64,000 nucleotides of DNA from Octopus sinensis (Eukaryota), in NCBI RefSeq assembly GCF_006345805.1, contig NC_042999.1:146444001-146508000 (forward strand). Direction: 5' to 3'. Within the stretch, counting starts at the first letter, position 1. Each line of letters starts with the position of its first letter. Under the pieces are notes generated by a model that was not told where the DNA came from, searched no databases, and saw nothing but the letters and a program-made list of their open reading frames with translations. Positions 13,261 through 28,709 of the stretch are shown one piece after another. The translations under genes and the position numbers were made by a program.

Positions 13261-14029
13261 GGACTTATCTAATCTATAACACATGGTTATATAACATAGA
13301 GAGCTACAAATCAGTAGAGGCGCCACAACATATCCGTCTCTATATATAGTTATAAACCCAATAATGTCGACATTATTTTTTTTTATCCATCCATGATTGA
13401 TAAAATTCGTACATAAAATTATCGTCTTTTGATGGTATAGCAAAATCAATAATATTTTTCACTACGCTATTTCTAAGTTATAAGATAAACGTCTTGAGAA
13501 TGGTAAGTTAGTTTTGTTTATTTTCTTTTAATGTTTTCGTAAGTAGTCTTAAGAAAAGTTACGGCTTCATATATAATGATAAGTAATGTTAGAATAGAAG
13601 TAATTACCTTCGAGTTACCAATAGCAAAATTTTCTCTTTGAATGCTTCTAAGTAAATACATTATTAATATTCCGGGAGTAACTAAAGTGGTAGCTGCACA
13701 ATTAGAATCATATATTAGCAATTCTGTTTAGTGAGCTAAGAAGCGGAGAATGGGAGGAGTCACAGAACATATATGTTAAATTTTTTCAGTATGCAAAACT
13801 CTATGCAGCATGCATGCTATATATAATTTACAAATATATATGCCGTTTCCTAAAGTGGCAAATACATATTTAAATGGCTATGCAGAAACAAAATTCATGG
13901 GCCTATAGTTGCACTGTATAGATACACTATCTCCTAGACACACAGGCGCACACATACATCCAAAGGTGTGTATCTATATATACAAAAATACCTACCTACT
14001 TACGTACCTACCTACCTACCTACATATAT

Positions 14030-14420
14030 AGGCGCAGACGTGACTGTGTGATAAGAATTTTGCGTCCCAACAACATGGCTCCAAGTTCAGTCCCAATGCG
14101 TTGCAGCTTGGCCAAGTGTCTTCTACTTTAGCTTCGGGTTGACCAAAGCCTTGTAGATTGGTAGACGGAAACTGAAAGAAGCCCATCGTAGGAGTGACTG
14201 TGTGGTAAGTAGCTTGTTTACGAACCACATGGTTCTCGGTTCAGTCCCATTGCGTAGCACCTTGGGCAAGTGTCTTCTACTATAGCCTCGGGGCGACCAA
14301 AGCCTTGTGAGTGGATTTGGTAGACGGAAACTGAAAGAAGCCCGTCGTATATATGTATATATATATATGTGTGTGTGTTTTGTGTATGTGTGTGTGTGTA
14401 TGTTTGTTATGCTTGTGTGT
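14030..14420 (+). mobile_element. Two tandem 5' halves of SINE family A
   Basis: Head ...gtgtggtaag...ggttcagtccc...ttgggcaagtgtcttctac...gacggaaactgaaagaagccc occurs twice. Confidence 0.8.
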
Positions 14421-16079
14421 CTAATTAGACTGAACAAATGCTTTTGAGTTTTATGTGAGCCCCGCTATTAATAGCGTACTAAACGACCACGAGGCGATGA
14501 ACCACCTTTGAGTTTATTTAAAAAAGAGGGATTAAGATTACGATAAAATAAGGAAATATGTATCAATAGTTAGTGCTTGTATTGTATTCTCCTTTCTACA
14601 ACGATTTCTGCCAGAGATGTTTCGGCAAAGGGTGGTATAGTCAACAACAGAACATGTTTTGAAAATAATTGTAATGAAATTATGAAAATATTTGAGGAAA
14701 CAAAGTTCACGCAAACACACACGCGCACGCACAAAGACACAGACACAGTCACACACTCACACACACACACACACAGACACACGCGCATACACACATGTAT
14801 AAATAAAACGTTTTTCAATATAGGTATTTATGAGATCTTACCATTTATATACTTCGTTATCAAATACAAACAAACGCAAATGAGCTCTCATATTTTTCAC
14901 CCGTTAATTTGATATCTATTTAGTAATGAAATGTAGTACAAGTACCCATGCGATTTCTCCGCGGTGTGGTTGAAGCTGAAAATAATTTACATTAAACAAA
15001 ATCTAGGATTCAGCTAACATGGCCGATGTAATTTGCTTAAACATGCATTCGTTGGCAATGTGGTTAAAATTCATTATGTGCAACACAGTGAATATCAGGT
15101 AAACGTAAATTTTGATATTACTATACCAACGTTATTTAGGGAAGTTTAACATTGTTTACAAGTTCGTCAGCGGTTATGTACAGCTAGATGCCTGTATTCT
15201 TTTTTTATTTTTAAAAGCACAAACAAACAATCAATAAGTTGATATTCACTCCTGCTGTATTACCTATGTTTGAAAGAGCAACATTGAAGAGCACCAGTGC
15301 CCTGAGACTAACGATTCAGTATTTTCTCGCCCTCATTTGAGAGGGAAAAGCAGAAAATTTGAAACTACCCCATAGCACCATGTTCATGAATTCGTACAGC
15401 TTTCAATACTAAAGTTTAGCTATTCTCCCTCCTCCTTGGGATATTACTGATATAGATTATTGCATTTAGTTCACTTCTTGCTAAAAATGCATAACTACAA
15501 AGTTTCCAAACACTCCAAAGAGCTTATGTAGTTCAGAAAATCATTGTTTTTTGATTACATCCTTTACGGTGCCTAAACTTTAGTTATGAGCTTGACTGCA
15601 TGAGACGAATATAGCTAGACAAGAACGTCGAGTTGACTGATATCAAATATCTTTCTGAAAATCAACATATCATCTTATGTTCTTGTTCTCAAACTTCTTA
15701 GGCTCTGGATGTTGGCATCGTTTTCTCAATATCTTTTTGCTGTGAAATTATAATTACAACAGCCAGTATAGTTTCTAACTCTGGAATTGAGATTTGCTAT
15801 ACTCCGGTATATTGAGGATGGGATAAGTTACAAAACTGAAAATGAAAACCCTCATATTTTCCTATATTCTTACTTTTGGTAACTGACAGTTTTTCAACCA
15901 GTCTTTGCGCGGAACTAAATCCATTCTGTTCAATGTTGAAATCCTAGTGAAGTTTTAATTCTTTGCAAATTTTAGTATTACCGGCAAAACTAGCATAGCA
16001 TTGGTTAATGACATTAAAATATGCCTGATGTAACTGTTATGTGTATCAATGTATGAATGGAAGTATGTGTGAATGGATG

Positions 16080-16166
<87 letters not shown>

Positions 16167-16370
16167 GGAAGCGGCTGACCTCCCCTGTTCGAAAGTCATA
16201 ATGGACACAGGTTCGTGTGTCATATAGCTAGCTAGAGGCGATGGCCTCTTGGAGCCAATCAACGGCAGCTTTCGTCCTATATTTATGTACTGCCATATTA
16301 GCTTGGCGATAACTGTTAATATCCAGTACTGCTGCCGTAGTATCCTTTAGAGAGACTTAAAATAACAATA

Positions 16371-16445
<75 letters not shown>

Positions 16446-16757
16446 TGTGTAAGTGTGTATGTGTGTGTGCTTGTGTGAGTGTGTGCGTGCATGTATGTAT
16501 TCTTGTATGCATAGTTAGTAAACAATGAGCGTTTTGGATAATTGGCAACATAATGCAAATGCTTTTTCGGTATGCACACAATTTTAATGGCAGCAGGTAA
16601 ACAAGAGAACGAAACAGGTTTCCCTTCATTTTGTCTGAGAATCTGAGGTTTATTACAATTTTGCCAATGGGGAGACACAAAAAATACCTGTTACGTAGCC
16701 ACTTAGTTTTACACACCAAGGACAAATCAAATTGCACATCCAAAGGTACATATTGAA

Positions 16758-16792
<35 letters not shown>

Positions 16793-18860
16793 ATATCCAC
16801 ACATAACACTTATATAAAGGGAGTTTAAATTGTTTGCGTAATTGATTCAATGAACGAGGCACTCAAATACTGTTTATAGAGTTGCAATAATATTTGGTAT
16901 TAATTGCAAATTGTTAATTTCAAAGTTTCTCTGCTAAAACTGGCGAAGTTTAGAAGTAAACAGATACCACTCTGAATGTATGCGCTCTCACGTAAAAAAA
17001 CACACACACACACACACACAGACACACACAGACACACACATACAGATATATTGTGTATGTACTCCTATATATATATTTCCACACAAACACGCACATGCCC
17101 ACACATAAACACACACACAACACATATATATATGTTTTACACATGTATATGTGTGTAAGTGTGTGTGTATATATACGTATATATGTGTGTGTTTGTGTGT
17201 GCGTATGTGCGTGTAAGGGGAGATCAAATGTGTAGGAAAATATTAAAGATATGCAATGAAATAAGACATATCGCAAAATATGTATGTAAGAAGAGGGACA
17301 GGAGGTGGAGTCTTTGATTACGTACAACTGAAAATTTGGGTTTATGTTTTTTTTTGTTTGTATGCCGATGTATGTCCTTTGCAGCGCTATCTAGAAGATA
17401 CATCACTTCCAAATTTCTTGAGCCCATCCTATCTCACACCTCCCTTTGTATTTGAAGTATTTCTTAGTACCATGCCATACCTCAATTATCATTTTTTTTC
17501 TTTGACCAGTGATTCTGATAGGGTCACACCCAATATAATCTGTACTTCTTTTTGAGCACTTCTTCCTTCTGTCTTATTCAGTAAACATGTAATTTTTATT
17601 TCCTGTAATTAGCCAACAGCTAATGGCGCCTAATTAGATATCCTTCACGTAGTACTAACAAATGCATTTACCTATAGTCATTTAATTAGTAAATCTTAAT
17701 ATCTCTCCCTATCTATAATAAGTATAGTAAATTTGTTGTCAGCACAAAATACTAGATATCCAGCAGAAGATTATTCCTAATTCACACTTTCTTGCAATAA
17801 ATGTGTGTATATTTGTCCTTTTATTAAAAGTTGTATATTACGAAAGATGAAAAATTGTGTAAATTTTCATCACTCGATGTCTGAAGTTAAATGATTTTCA
17901 TCGTCAGGATGTTACAGTTTCGTTTGAGGCTTGCACTGTAATTGCTGGGACTATATCATTCGCTTTATTTCAATAAGGTACGATGACCTGATACTGTAAA
18001 TTAAGTGGAATTGGGATATGCGAACATGCATGGGTTTTATGAAGTTGCTGGGGTAAAACAGATTACCGAGACAGCGTTTTACCGAGTAACGCAACATGGT
18101 ATATTGTCTTCCTCAGTACATCCCCCAATAAAAAAACAAAAAAAAAACACAGTTTCTAACACAATCAGTAATATCAAACCTTAAGTAAGGGAAGAACTAG
18201 GAATCATTGCATTTGACTTCAGAACTTAAAGGGGCGCAGCTAGTACAAGATATTTTGTTCTATTTTAATGATTCTGCAATTCAAATACCCAAACATAAAA
18301 GAAGTATTAATAACAAGAATTTTTATATTATAGAAATCAGTTATGGAGCGGAAGAAATAACAAGTTTTAGTCTATTCACGCAACCGATCTGTTTCCTCTT
18401 CGGAATAATATTCAGCAAATAGACAAAAGATAAACAAACACTGATAACAGTCAACAACAATCTGCATGATGCAATATTTTATGACTTATATAACAGCAAA
18501 CGATAATAAAAAATGAGGTGGAGATATTAAACAACAGACATGCAAGGAAATATAAACCGTGCAAAGATTATCTGATAGCACAGGAGTACGGCTGAAGCAT
18601 CGCATTGTGATCTTGGCCTCTGGTAGATCATTGCAGGAATGTATTCATATATACGTGATGTGGGAGGGACCGGGGAAATCAAAATATTCAACTACAAGCA
18701 AATTTGAAAGAAAATCTAATAACCACGAATAATGGTGGTAAAATTAAATAAACAACTTATATTATCTAGTCGACTCTTTTCGACTGAACAACTGAGAAGC
18801 CAATTTCTATAATGCAAATAAACAGCGCAACACAGACACATCTGAATGTATATCTCTCTG

Positions 18861-18903
<43 letters not shown>

Positions 18904-18969
18904 TCTTTTCTCTTTTACTCTTTTACTTGTTTCAGTCATTTGACTGCGGCCATGCTGGAGCACCGCCTT

Positions 18970-19000
<31 letters not shown>

Positions 19001-19078
19001 ATATATGCATATATATATATGTGTGTGTGCGTATATACACATACATAAATACATATATATATGGATACACACACACAT

Positions 19079-19109
<31 letters not shown>

Positions 19110-19186
19110 AATGTAATCGATATACATATATACAGACGTGTGTGAATATATATGTATATATACAGACGTGTGTGAATATATATATG

Positions 19187-19239
<53 letters not shown>

Positions 19240-20171
19240 ATATCTTATCCTCTAACGTCAAAATCACTGCAGTTGTGGAGGAAAGAAATTCTCTCTTATG
19301 ACAAAAGTGGTAGAAACATATCCGTCCAGTGCTTCCCTTAAGCAGATTCACAGACATGGCTGCATTAGCTCCAAGCAGTGTTTTTACAACTTTTACCATA
19401 ATTTCTTCCCCTCGGTACGTCAGTGAATATGCCTTTAGAAAATAAAATGTCAGAAACATGTTTAACAGAACCTAAGCCTCGTTTGTTTATCACCACGTTT
19501 GGGAGCCTTATATTATTGCATTGGTTACCTTTCTTGTTTCTCTCCTCTTTTATTTCCCCTGTTCTAAGAGCACCAGAGAGATTACCTTACTCTCTGCACC
19601 CACTATGTTGCACAACTTCGGAATAACTCAACTATATGCTGTTGCATGTTAACTTCGCCCAATATTAGCCTGCATTGTGCGAGAAAACTCACAAGTGACG
19701 GTGCTATGAATGTACCTATGTTCATGATCTCCATTACTAGTTTTGCCTCTCCCCATATGCTATGGCACCAGCCTATAAGCAGGAGTGTGATCTACCGGCT
19801 CACCTATTTCCTGATCTAGTACTCAATCTGAAAAATTACGCATACACTCTGATGCGCCATATTCTGATCAACTGCTATGCATCAGCTTTAGGCTACTTTC
19901 ACAACTCCTTCGAAAGCGTAGAGATACTTATACAGTTTTGTGAAAGGCGGTGTTATGTCATAGTCTTCCTTGCCTTTTGTTTGTGGAGATCATCGGACAA
20001 GGTAGCATTACCGTACTTTGACGTACCCTTCATAGGTCTTTTCTGGCTTACAAGCGACAAGCTGCTGTTACTGCTAGTTTCTTTCTTTTCTTTTTGGGTG
20101 TAGGTGGCAAACTTACGTTTTTACCCCTTTTGTATGGCAAAACATTGATGAATTTATATATTTACAAACAT

Positions 20172-20580
20172 GGGCGCAGGAGTGGCTGTGTGGTAAGTAG
20201 CTTGTTTACCAACCACATGGTTTCGGGTTCAGTCCCACTGCGTGGCATCTTGGGCGAGTGTCTTCTACTATAGCCTCGGGCCGACCAATGCCTTGTGAGT
20301 GGATTTGGTAGACGGAAACTGAAAGAAGCCTGTCGTATATATGTATATATATATATGTGTGTGTGTATGTGTTTGTGTGTCTGTGTTTGTCCCCCTACTA
20401 TTGCTTGACAACCGATGCTGGTGTGTTTACGTCGCCGTCACTTAGCGGTTGGGCAAAAGAGACCGATAGAATAAGTACTGGGCTTACAAAGAATAAGTCC
20501 CGAGGTCGAGTTGCTCGATTAAAGGTGGTGCTCCAGCATGGCCGCAGTCAAATGACTGAAACATGTAAAAAGAGTAAATA
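20172..20580 (+). mobile_element. Full-length SINE family A (tRNA-like head, internal TA/TG microsatellite, LINE-like 3' tail)
   Basis: ggcgcaggagtggctgtgtggtaag...ggtgctccagcatggccgcagtcaaatgactgaaac; multicopy in this window. Confidence 0.9.
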
Positions 20581-20905
20581 AAGAAAAAAAAGAGTATGCC
20601 TATCTCGGCACTCGTCATTTTTCTGCCTATTATTTGTCATCTTTTTAAATCTGCTGCATTTTGTTAAAAAAGAAAAACAATAATAATTTTCGAGGCATGT
20701 GTTTGTTGCTATTACGATTAATCTCGAATACCTGGTAAATGCCTGCACAAATATAAAATATTTAAAATGTCCAAATAGAAACCTTATTTTCCTAAAAGAA
20801 AAAAATAATTGCTGCCGATATGAAGCACAAATTCTTTTCGATAAAACTAAACGTGTTAAATTTAATTTTCCTCCAAAACTGTTTTAGAGACTTCCGTTCA
20901 TCGCA

Positions 20906-20918
20906 AATAATAATAATG

Positions 20919-20985
<67 letters not shown>
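20906..20985. repeat. (AAT)n microsatellite
   Basis: Directly visible. Confidence 0.95.
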
Positions 20986-20986
<1 letters not shown>

Positions 20987-21648
20987 TATAAATAGAAAAC
21001 AACATCAACAGCAAACAGACCCACGCAAACAAAGTCTAACAACTGAGTAGAAGTTAGTTTTGGGGAATAAACACGTGACTCTTATAATAACGCCGAGTAA
21101 TTAGATGTCCTCACGACGAATAAGGCAGTTCATCTATTTTTATATCGAAATTTTATTACAGCTTTGCGAAAACATAAGGTATTCTTTAGCTCTAACGAAA
21201 ACTGATATTAGCTTATTGTAGGTTTCAATGAATATGAAAATATGGAGGATATAATGAAACTCATAAGATTGTCACTGTAGGTCAATACAATCGATCAGCT
21301 ATTGAATATTATTGGATGTATAATCGAATATCCAATAAACAGCGATAGGATGTTTTTAAACGCAAGGAAATTCTATTTGTTGACATTGTGGCGCTAATCT
21401 CTAGTTGGAACGTTTGGAATAGCGCAGTATTGTGCTGTAGAGCTTAGCCAACACAATTGAAACATCATCTTAAATAAGAAGGATATTTTGATTAATCTCA
21501 GTAACGAAGGATAAATAGAAGAAGAAAAAAGATCAGGCACCTCCTGCATTGAACATATGCAAACAGACGTACTTATAAGTTTGTGACCTAGTTTCAATTT
21601 CCGGTCGAAAGCAAGCCTCTTCACCTACAGCTATATCTGTGTGTATAC

Positions 21649-21707
<59 letters not shown>

Positions 21708-21859
21708 CACACACAGACATACACACACACACACATACACACGCACACACACACGTTTGTGTGTGCTTGTGTGTGTGTACACATGTACACATATATATGT
21801 ATATGTATATAGATACATATATATATATATGTACATATAATGTTTGTAAACAAACGCGG

Positions 21860-22310
21860 AAGGCTTTTATGTAAGTGATACTGAGAGAAGGCTACTATGA
21901 AACGCTCACAGTATGATAGTAACCGTATAATATATCATATAGATATTTTATTCTCCGATTTGAAGTGACAATTAATAAACACAAATAAATGACTGAAAAA
22001 TGATGAGCTAACCCCAGTCAGAATCGAACACTCAAATCAATGGTATTACTATACTATGAGCTTTCCATAGTAGCTTCTTCTCCATAACTTACAAAGCCTT
22101 GTGTAGTATTAGACAGTTGAAGTATACATTAATTAAATTTGGCTTAAATTGATGGGGGAGATTTTGACCCAATCGGATGCACCAGGAGCCGTGTTAGCGT
22201 ACATTTGTGTGTTCGATTCTGGCTGGTGTTGGTTCATAATTTTTCAATTTATTTGTATTTATAAATTGTCGCTTCAACTCATATAATAAAATAGTATTAT
22301 GATATATTAT
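21860..22310. repeat. Old, permuted inverted duplication (A-B then A'-C-B')
   Basis: About 21860-21925 is the inverse of about 22042-22100, and about 21930-22037 is the inverse of about 22203-22310. The copies are diverged. Confidence 0.6.
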
Positions 22311-22327
22311 CATAAACTTATTATATA

Positions 22328-22676
22328 TAGGCGCAGGAGTGGCTGTGTGGTAAGTAGCTTGCTAACCAACCACATGGTTCCGGGTTCAGTCCCACTGCGT
22401 GACATCTTGGGCAAGCGTCTTCTGCTATAGCCCCGGGCCGACCAATGCCTTGTGAGTGGATTTGGTAGACGGAAACTGAAAGAAGCCTGTCGTATATATA
22501 TATATATATAATATATATATATGTGTGTGTGTGTGTTTGTGTGCTGGTGTGTTTACATCCCCGTCACTTAGCGGTTCGGCAAAAAGAGACCGATAGAATA
22601 AGTACTGGGCCGATTTGCTCGACTAAAGGCGGTGCTCCAGCATAGCCGCAGTCAAATGACTGAAACAAGTAAAAGA
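22328..22676 (+). mobile_element. SINE family A
   Basis: Aligns with 20172-20580, with internal deletions. Confidence 0.88.
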
Positions 22677-23011
22677 AAAAAAAAAGAAAGAAAAAAAATA
22701 TAAATATGCAAACTACAGATAGAAGAATAAAACAACCTAATGACATAACAATGTACATGTACTGAATTTCTTCAGTTTCTTTATATTGATGCATTTCGCC
22801 CATCTATAAATTTTGAGTTCAAATTCCGCCCAGGTCGCTTTTTGCCTTTCATCCTTTCGGTACTTGTTGACCGAAATTTCTGCCATTGTGCAATATTTAT
22901 ATGTATATGATGCACTGTAACTTTTAAGCGAGTGAAGGTGCAAATTTATAAATTTGGTTGCCGGAAATATAGCATTAACAAACACAGTGACCAAATCTTC
23001 TGTAAAACCAT

Positions 23012-23420
23012 ACTCTTTACTCTTTTACTTGTTTCAGTCATTTGACTGCGGCCATGCTGGAGCACCACCTTTAGTCGAGCAACTCGACCCCGGGACTTAT
23101 TCTTTGTAAGCCCAGTACTTATTCTATCGGTCACTTTTGCCGAACCGCTAAGTGACGGGGACATAAACACACCAGCATCGGTTGTCAAGCAATGCTAGGG
23201 GAACAAACACAGACACACAAACACACACGCACACACATATACATACATATATACGACAGACTTCTTTCAGTTTCTGTCTACCAAATCCACTCACAAGGCA
23301 TTGGTCGGCCCGAGGCTATAGCAGAGGACACTTTCCCAGGGTGCCACGCAGTGGGACCGAACCTGGAACCCGGAACCATGTGGTTGGTAAGCAAGCTACT
23401 TACCACACAGCCACTCCTGG
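23012..23420 (-). mobile_element. SINE family A
   Basis: Reverse complement aligns with 20172-20580. Confidence 0.9.
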
Positions 23421-25825
23421 TAATAAAAAATATAAATAATAATTTTTTTGATAGATACACTTGCATAAATCTAATGAGGGACAATTAAAAATAATTAAGT
23501 AGTCTTGCAGTAATTCTGGTACTTATTTTGTCGACTCTGAAGACGAATCGACACAGAGGTAGTTGAATTACTCAGAATGCGAAAAACGTTTTTCTAAATA
23601 ATTGTCTAAGACACAAGGATAGCAATTTGAGGAGTGGTTACTCAATTAAACTGATGTGGCGGATGATTATTTCCTGCAAGTAATATAAACACGAGTGTAT
23701 ATATAGACCAGAAGTCCATATGGGAAGCCCTCTCATGGTAACTATTGCAGTATTCCGTGTTCTAACACAACATCTACATGTATGGATGAATATTAATTGT
23801 TGGTATTAATACTGCTTCTGTCGCTATTAGTTATATTTGTACACACACACACACACACACACACACATATGCATATGTGTATCTATGTAATTGATCGCTG
23901 AATAAAAAGCAATGATGCTCTGAACATAAAGAACAAAGAGAAATACACGTAAAGCCAGCGCTCTAACAACTCTGCCCACGCAGCAAAGAGACGTTAAGAA
24001 TATATAACGTAAGGTATTTTATTCGGCATTTAAGAAAGACAATTCATCATGCATGTCAAATTAGAAAAAATATTCTATTATCTATCTATTTGATTTAAAA
24101 TTTGATTTGTAGAAGGTTTTCAGAAGAATTCAAAATTCTTACAATAAAATATCTGCATTAAGAAGCAAACTTGTTACAATTTCCGAAGGGGAATATCCAA
24201 TATTATTCGATTTCAGTCATTAATCATCTTTCCCGGTCTTTCATACCACTTGGAAATAATCTAATCACGTCTATTATACAATTACTGTTTAGGGTTTATT
24301 GAAAACGAAATATTGAAGAGATATATATATAATCTTATAAATTATTTTTTATTCTCGATCTGCTATTACTACAATCAGTACAAGAAATGTATTTTTAACA
24401 CAATGCTTCGAAGCTCTTAATTCTATTATCTGAATTGCTTCAAGCAATCTAAAATATTTCATTACAAGTACAATGCCGCGCATATTCTGTTGCTAGTGTT
24501 TAAATAATAGTATTTAAATAATAGTTGCCTCAATCGTGAGACAACTTTAACTGCCACTATGAGTTTCTTTTCAGTGATACAACTTATTCTCCAGGACACA
24601 TTATTCATACCTCCAGGTATTTTGCTTCATTATATTTAAAAGAAGTGTCATGTTTTTTTCAAATGCAAGCTGAGCAAAAATCAATTGTGATAAGTGAGAG
24701 ATTACGTTTAGATGCACATACGTAGTCTAGTCCAGAGGAGATTTTGTTGGTGTGTTTGATTTATTCTAGTTTTAACTTCTACACATAGTTTCAGAATAGG
24801 CACCGGCGTGAGTATGTTAAGAAGCTTACTTCTCATCCATGTGGTTCAGGGTTCAGTGTTACTGTGTGAGAGCTTTTTTTCTACTATACCCTGTGGTGGC
24901 TAAAACTAACTGAAATAAGATAAATATATTTTGATTCTTTCAGTCACTGGATTGCCTCATGAGGGGGTACTGCCTTGATGGGCCTTTTAGTCGGAAGACT
25001 CTACTCTAGTCCTTTTCTTAAACCTGGCGCTTACCTGGTATCAGTATCTTTTGCCAAACCATTAGGTTATGGGGATGTAAACAAACTAACACCGGTTATT
25101 GAGCAGTGGTGAAAGACAAACGCAAAAACATGCATACACACATATTTTTAGTATATATATGTCTTTAGTAATTAGAATTAAAGAGTGTTGAGTAATAAAT
25201 GAATTCTAGGTTAGTTAAAATACGCCTGTGACAGTTTAAAATCTAAGGGCAATTTCCTTGAAATTAGCCTTCTATGGTAAAAGGTGTAAAATCACCATGT
25301 CTGCCCAGAGTTATCTTCTATCGGACTCCAAAACGCAGCGTTTCTAGCTCTTTACCCATTATCAATGGGAAATACCGAAGCAATGTAAGTCTGGACATAT
25401 TTAAAGCCGTAGTTCTACCTGCAGAGAATTTGACTTTAGGGAGTTGAAATATGGTTACAAACATATTTGAAGTAATCTAAAATGCCTTTCATGCATAAAC
25501 ACTGCTTGGCACTGATACTATTAAATTTCTCCAGGCGTGGCGTTCTGATAGCGCAGCTCGGTCAATGTTATTGACTGTGTTGCAGTTAAAGCTACGGGTT
25601 TAAATCACTCCACAGTTGACTCTCTTTGGAATTTCCCGTTCATAACGAGGAAAGGGCTAGAAAGACGGCGTCTGAAAATCTGACAGATGTCAACACTGGG
25701 CAGATATGGTGTTTTTACACTTTTTATCATATGAGAAATGTTTCTTCCCGGTAACTGTAGTGAATTCCTCTTTAAAAGCTGAAACACGCCACAAAACATA
25801 TTTTAACTAACCTGATGTTCAAATA

Positions 25826-26680
<855 letters not shown>

Positions 26681-26880
26681 GCAGGTTTATATAAGTTTTC
26701 GTCTAACCAAATCCATCAACAAGGCTTTGCTCGGCCCGAGGTTATATTAGATGACTTTTGTCCAACGTTCCATGCGGTGGGACTGAACCAGGATCCCTGT
26801 GGTTAGGAAGCGAACTTCTTACGACAGGGCTACACTTTTGCCTACATACATACATACATACATACATACATACAAAATTA

Positions 26881-27100
26881 CCTTGTTGTTGATGTCGAAA
26901 TTCAAATGGTGGAACCTTGGATCTAGGTTAGAAACCATTTATTTCTCTATTGGCAAGCAATCTTGAAATAAATTGAATAATGACATACAAATATACCCTG
27001 TTGTTGATGTCGAAATATCAATGAAAGATCCTTGGATGTTGGTTAGAAATTGGCTCTTTCTCTATTAGCAAGAAATAAACTGAATAACGTCATACATACA
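26881..27100 (+). repeat. Two diverged tandem copies of a 115-bp unit within (CATA)n
   Basis: cc.tgttgttgatgtcgaaat... occurs at 26881 and 26996. Confidence 0.75.
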
Positions 27101-28394
27101 TAATTCGTATATGATTAAGTGATACAAGACAGGAGAATATAATATAGATTATGTATATGCATCTTATTTACATGTTTCGGAACCAGATACAGAATGATTA
27201 CAGAACTTAAACATTTAGCAACCCCGCAGAAGTCAGTTATAGGTTTTTGTAAAAATGAAGGCTTGCGTTTACTGATAACTACATATAATAGTCGGGAAGT
27301 TAAAAGGAAATCGCAGTAGGAAATCGCAATCAACTTCTCGCTTAAGTGTAAAGGGGCTGCATATATCTTTATCTTTTATATTGTACTTGTTTGTCATTCG
27401 ACTGCGGCCATTCTGTAGCACCAACTTGAAGGGTTTTAATCGAAGAAATCAAGCCCAAGGTTTATTTGTTTTCAAGTTTAGTACTAATTCTGTGTTTTTT
27501 TCTGTCGAGTAGCTAGGTTACAGGGACAGGCATTCCGTCAGATTACATATCAAGGTCACTGATGTAGAACCAGATGACTCTAGATAAATGGCAGATATGA
27601 TAGGTTCATATGCATATGTCCGTAATCAAAGAAATCTCTTTTTCTCTCTCTCTATTTATAGAAATGTATATGTGTGTGAGTGTTTGCGTTTGTGTGTGTA
27701 TGTATACATATATGTGTAAATATATATATGCATATATATACACACATAATCTGCTTCAAAATGGTAGTATGGTAACTACTAATCTTAGAAATATTACTGG
27801 ATATGACAAATTCTTACCTGATTTTCTTTCGCCATTCTCTCTCTCTTTCTCTCTTACTTTCTTCTCTTAATCTCTCCTCCTTTTTACCACTTCTTTCATC
27901 TTTAGCTACACCTCTGTCTTTATCGCACACCTGTTTTTCTTTATTCACACTCCTTTATCTTCCTCGGCATCTTGTTTTTATCTCCCTGTTTCTCTCAACC
28001 TTTTGCTATCTATTTTCCCGCCTCTGAACATCCTTATAAAATGTCTTGCCAGCTGGCTAACATCAGGCGTTTAAACAAGTGTGCCTTTGATGATTTTTTA
28101 TTGTTAAGCATACAATTGATTTGCAACATCCACTGTAGAGGTTACAAATAACCACAGTAGTGAAAGATACATACGGAACACATGGTGTGAATTTATGTCA
28201 ACCATACTTTCTCCGACCAACGCCCACACCACACTCACACATACACATAGAAGTCACACCCGTTCTGCTCACAAACGAGGTTGATTCCAGACGAGGAAGA
28301 GGCCATCACGTATTTTTGATTGTCTGAAACTGTCTCAGTCTCTCTGTCTGTACTATATATGCATGTTTGTATGTGTGTATTTGTATATATATCT

Positions 28395-28622
28395 CTTTAC
28401 TACCCACAGGGGGCTAAACACAGACGGGACAAACAAGGACAGACAAACGGATTAAGTTGCTTATATCAACCCCAGTGCGTAACTGGTACTTAATTTATCG
28501 ACCCCGAAAGGATGAAAGGCAAAGTCGACCTCGGCGGAATTTGAACTCAGAACGTAACGGCAGACGAAATACGGCTACGCATTTCGCCCAGCGTGCTAAC
28601 GTTTCAGTCAGCTCGCCGCCTT
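28395..28622 (-). mobile_element. tRNA-derived SINE, family D
   Basis: ggcggcgagctg...gagttcaaattccgccgaggtcgactttgcctttcatcctttcggggtcgataaattaagtaccag. Confidence 0.85.
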
Positions 28623-28655
28623 TGTATATAATATAATGTGTATTTGTATATAATA

Positions 28656-28709
<54 letters not shown>

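Noticed and set aside
19255-19435. Minus-strand open stretch after an acceptor-like sequence
   Set aside because: No similarity to mGluR or any protein I recognise, and it runs into microsatellite.
23700-23795. YRPEVHMGSPLMVTIA, resembling the Penelope RT motif MGSPLS
   Set aside because: Too short and degenerate to support without a profile search.
28285-28350. gaaactgtctcagtc with upstream cagacga/aggaaga, a possible hammerhead
   Set aside because: Core and stem I cannot both be satisfied without several changes; at best a decayed relic.
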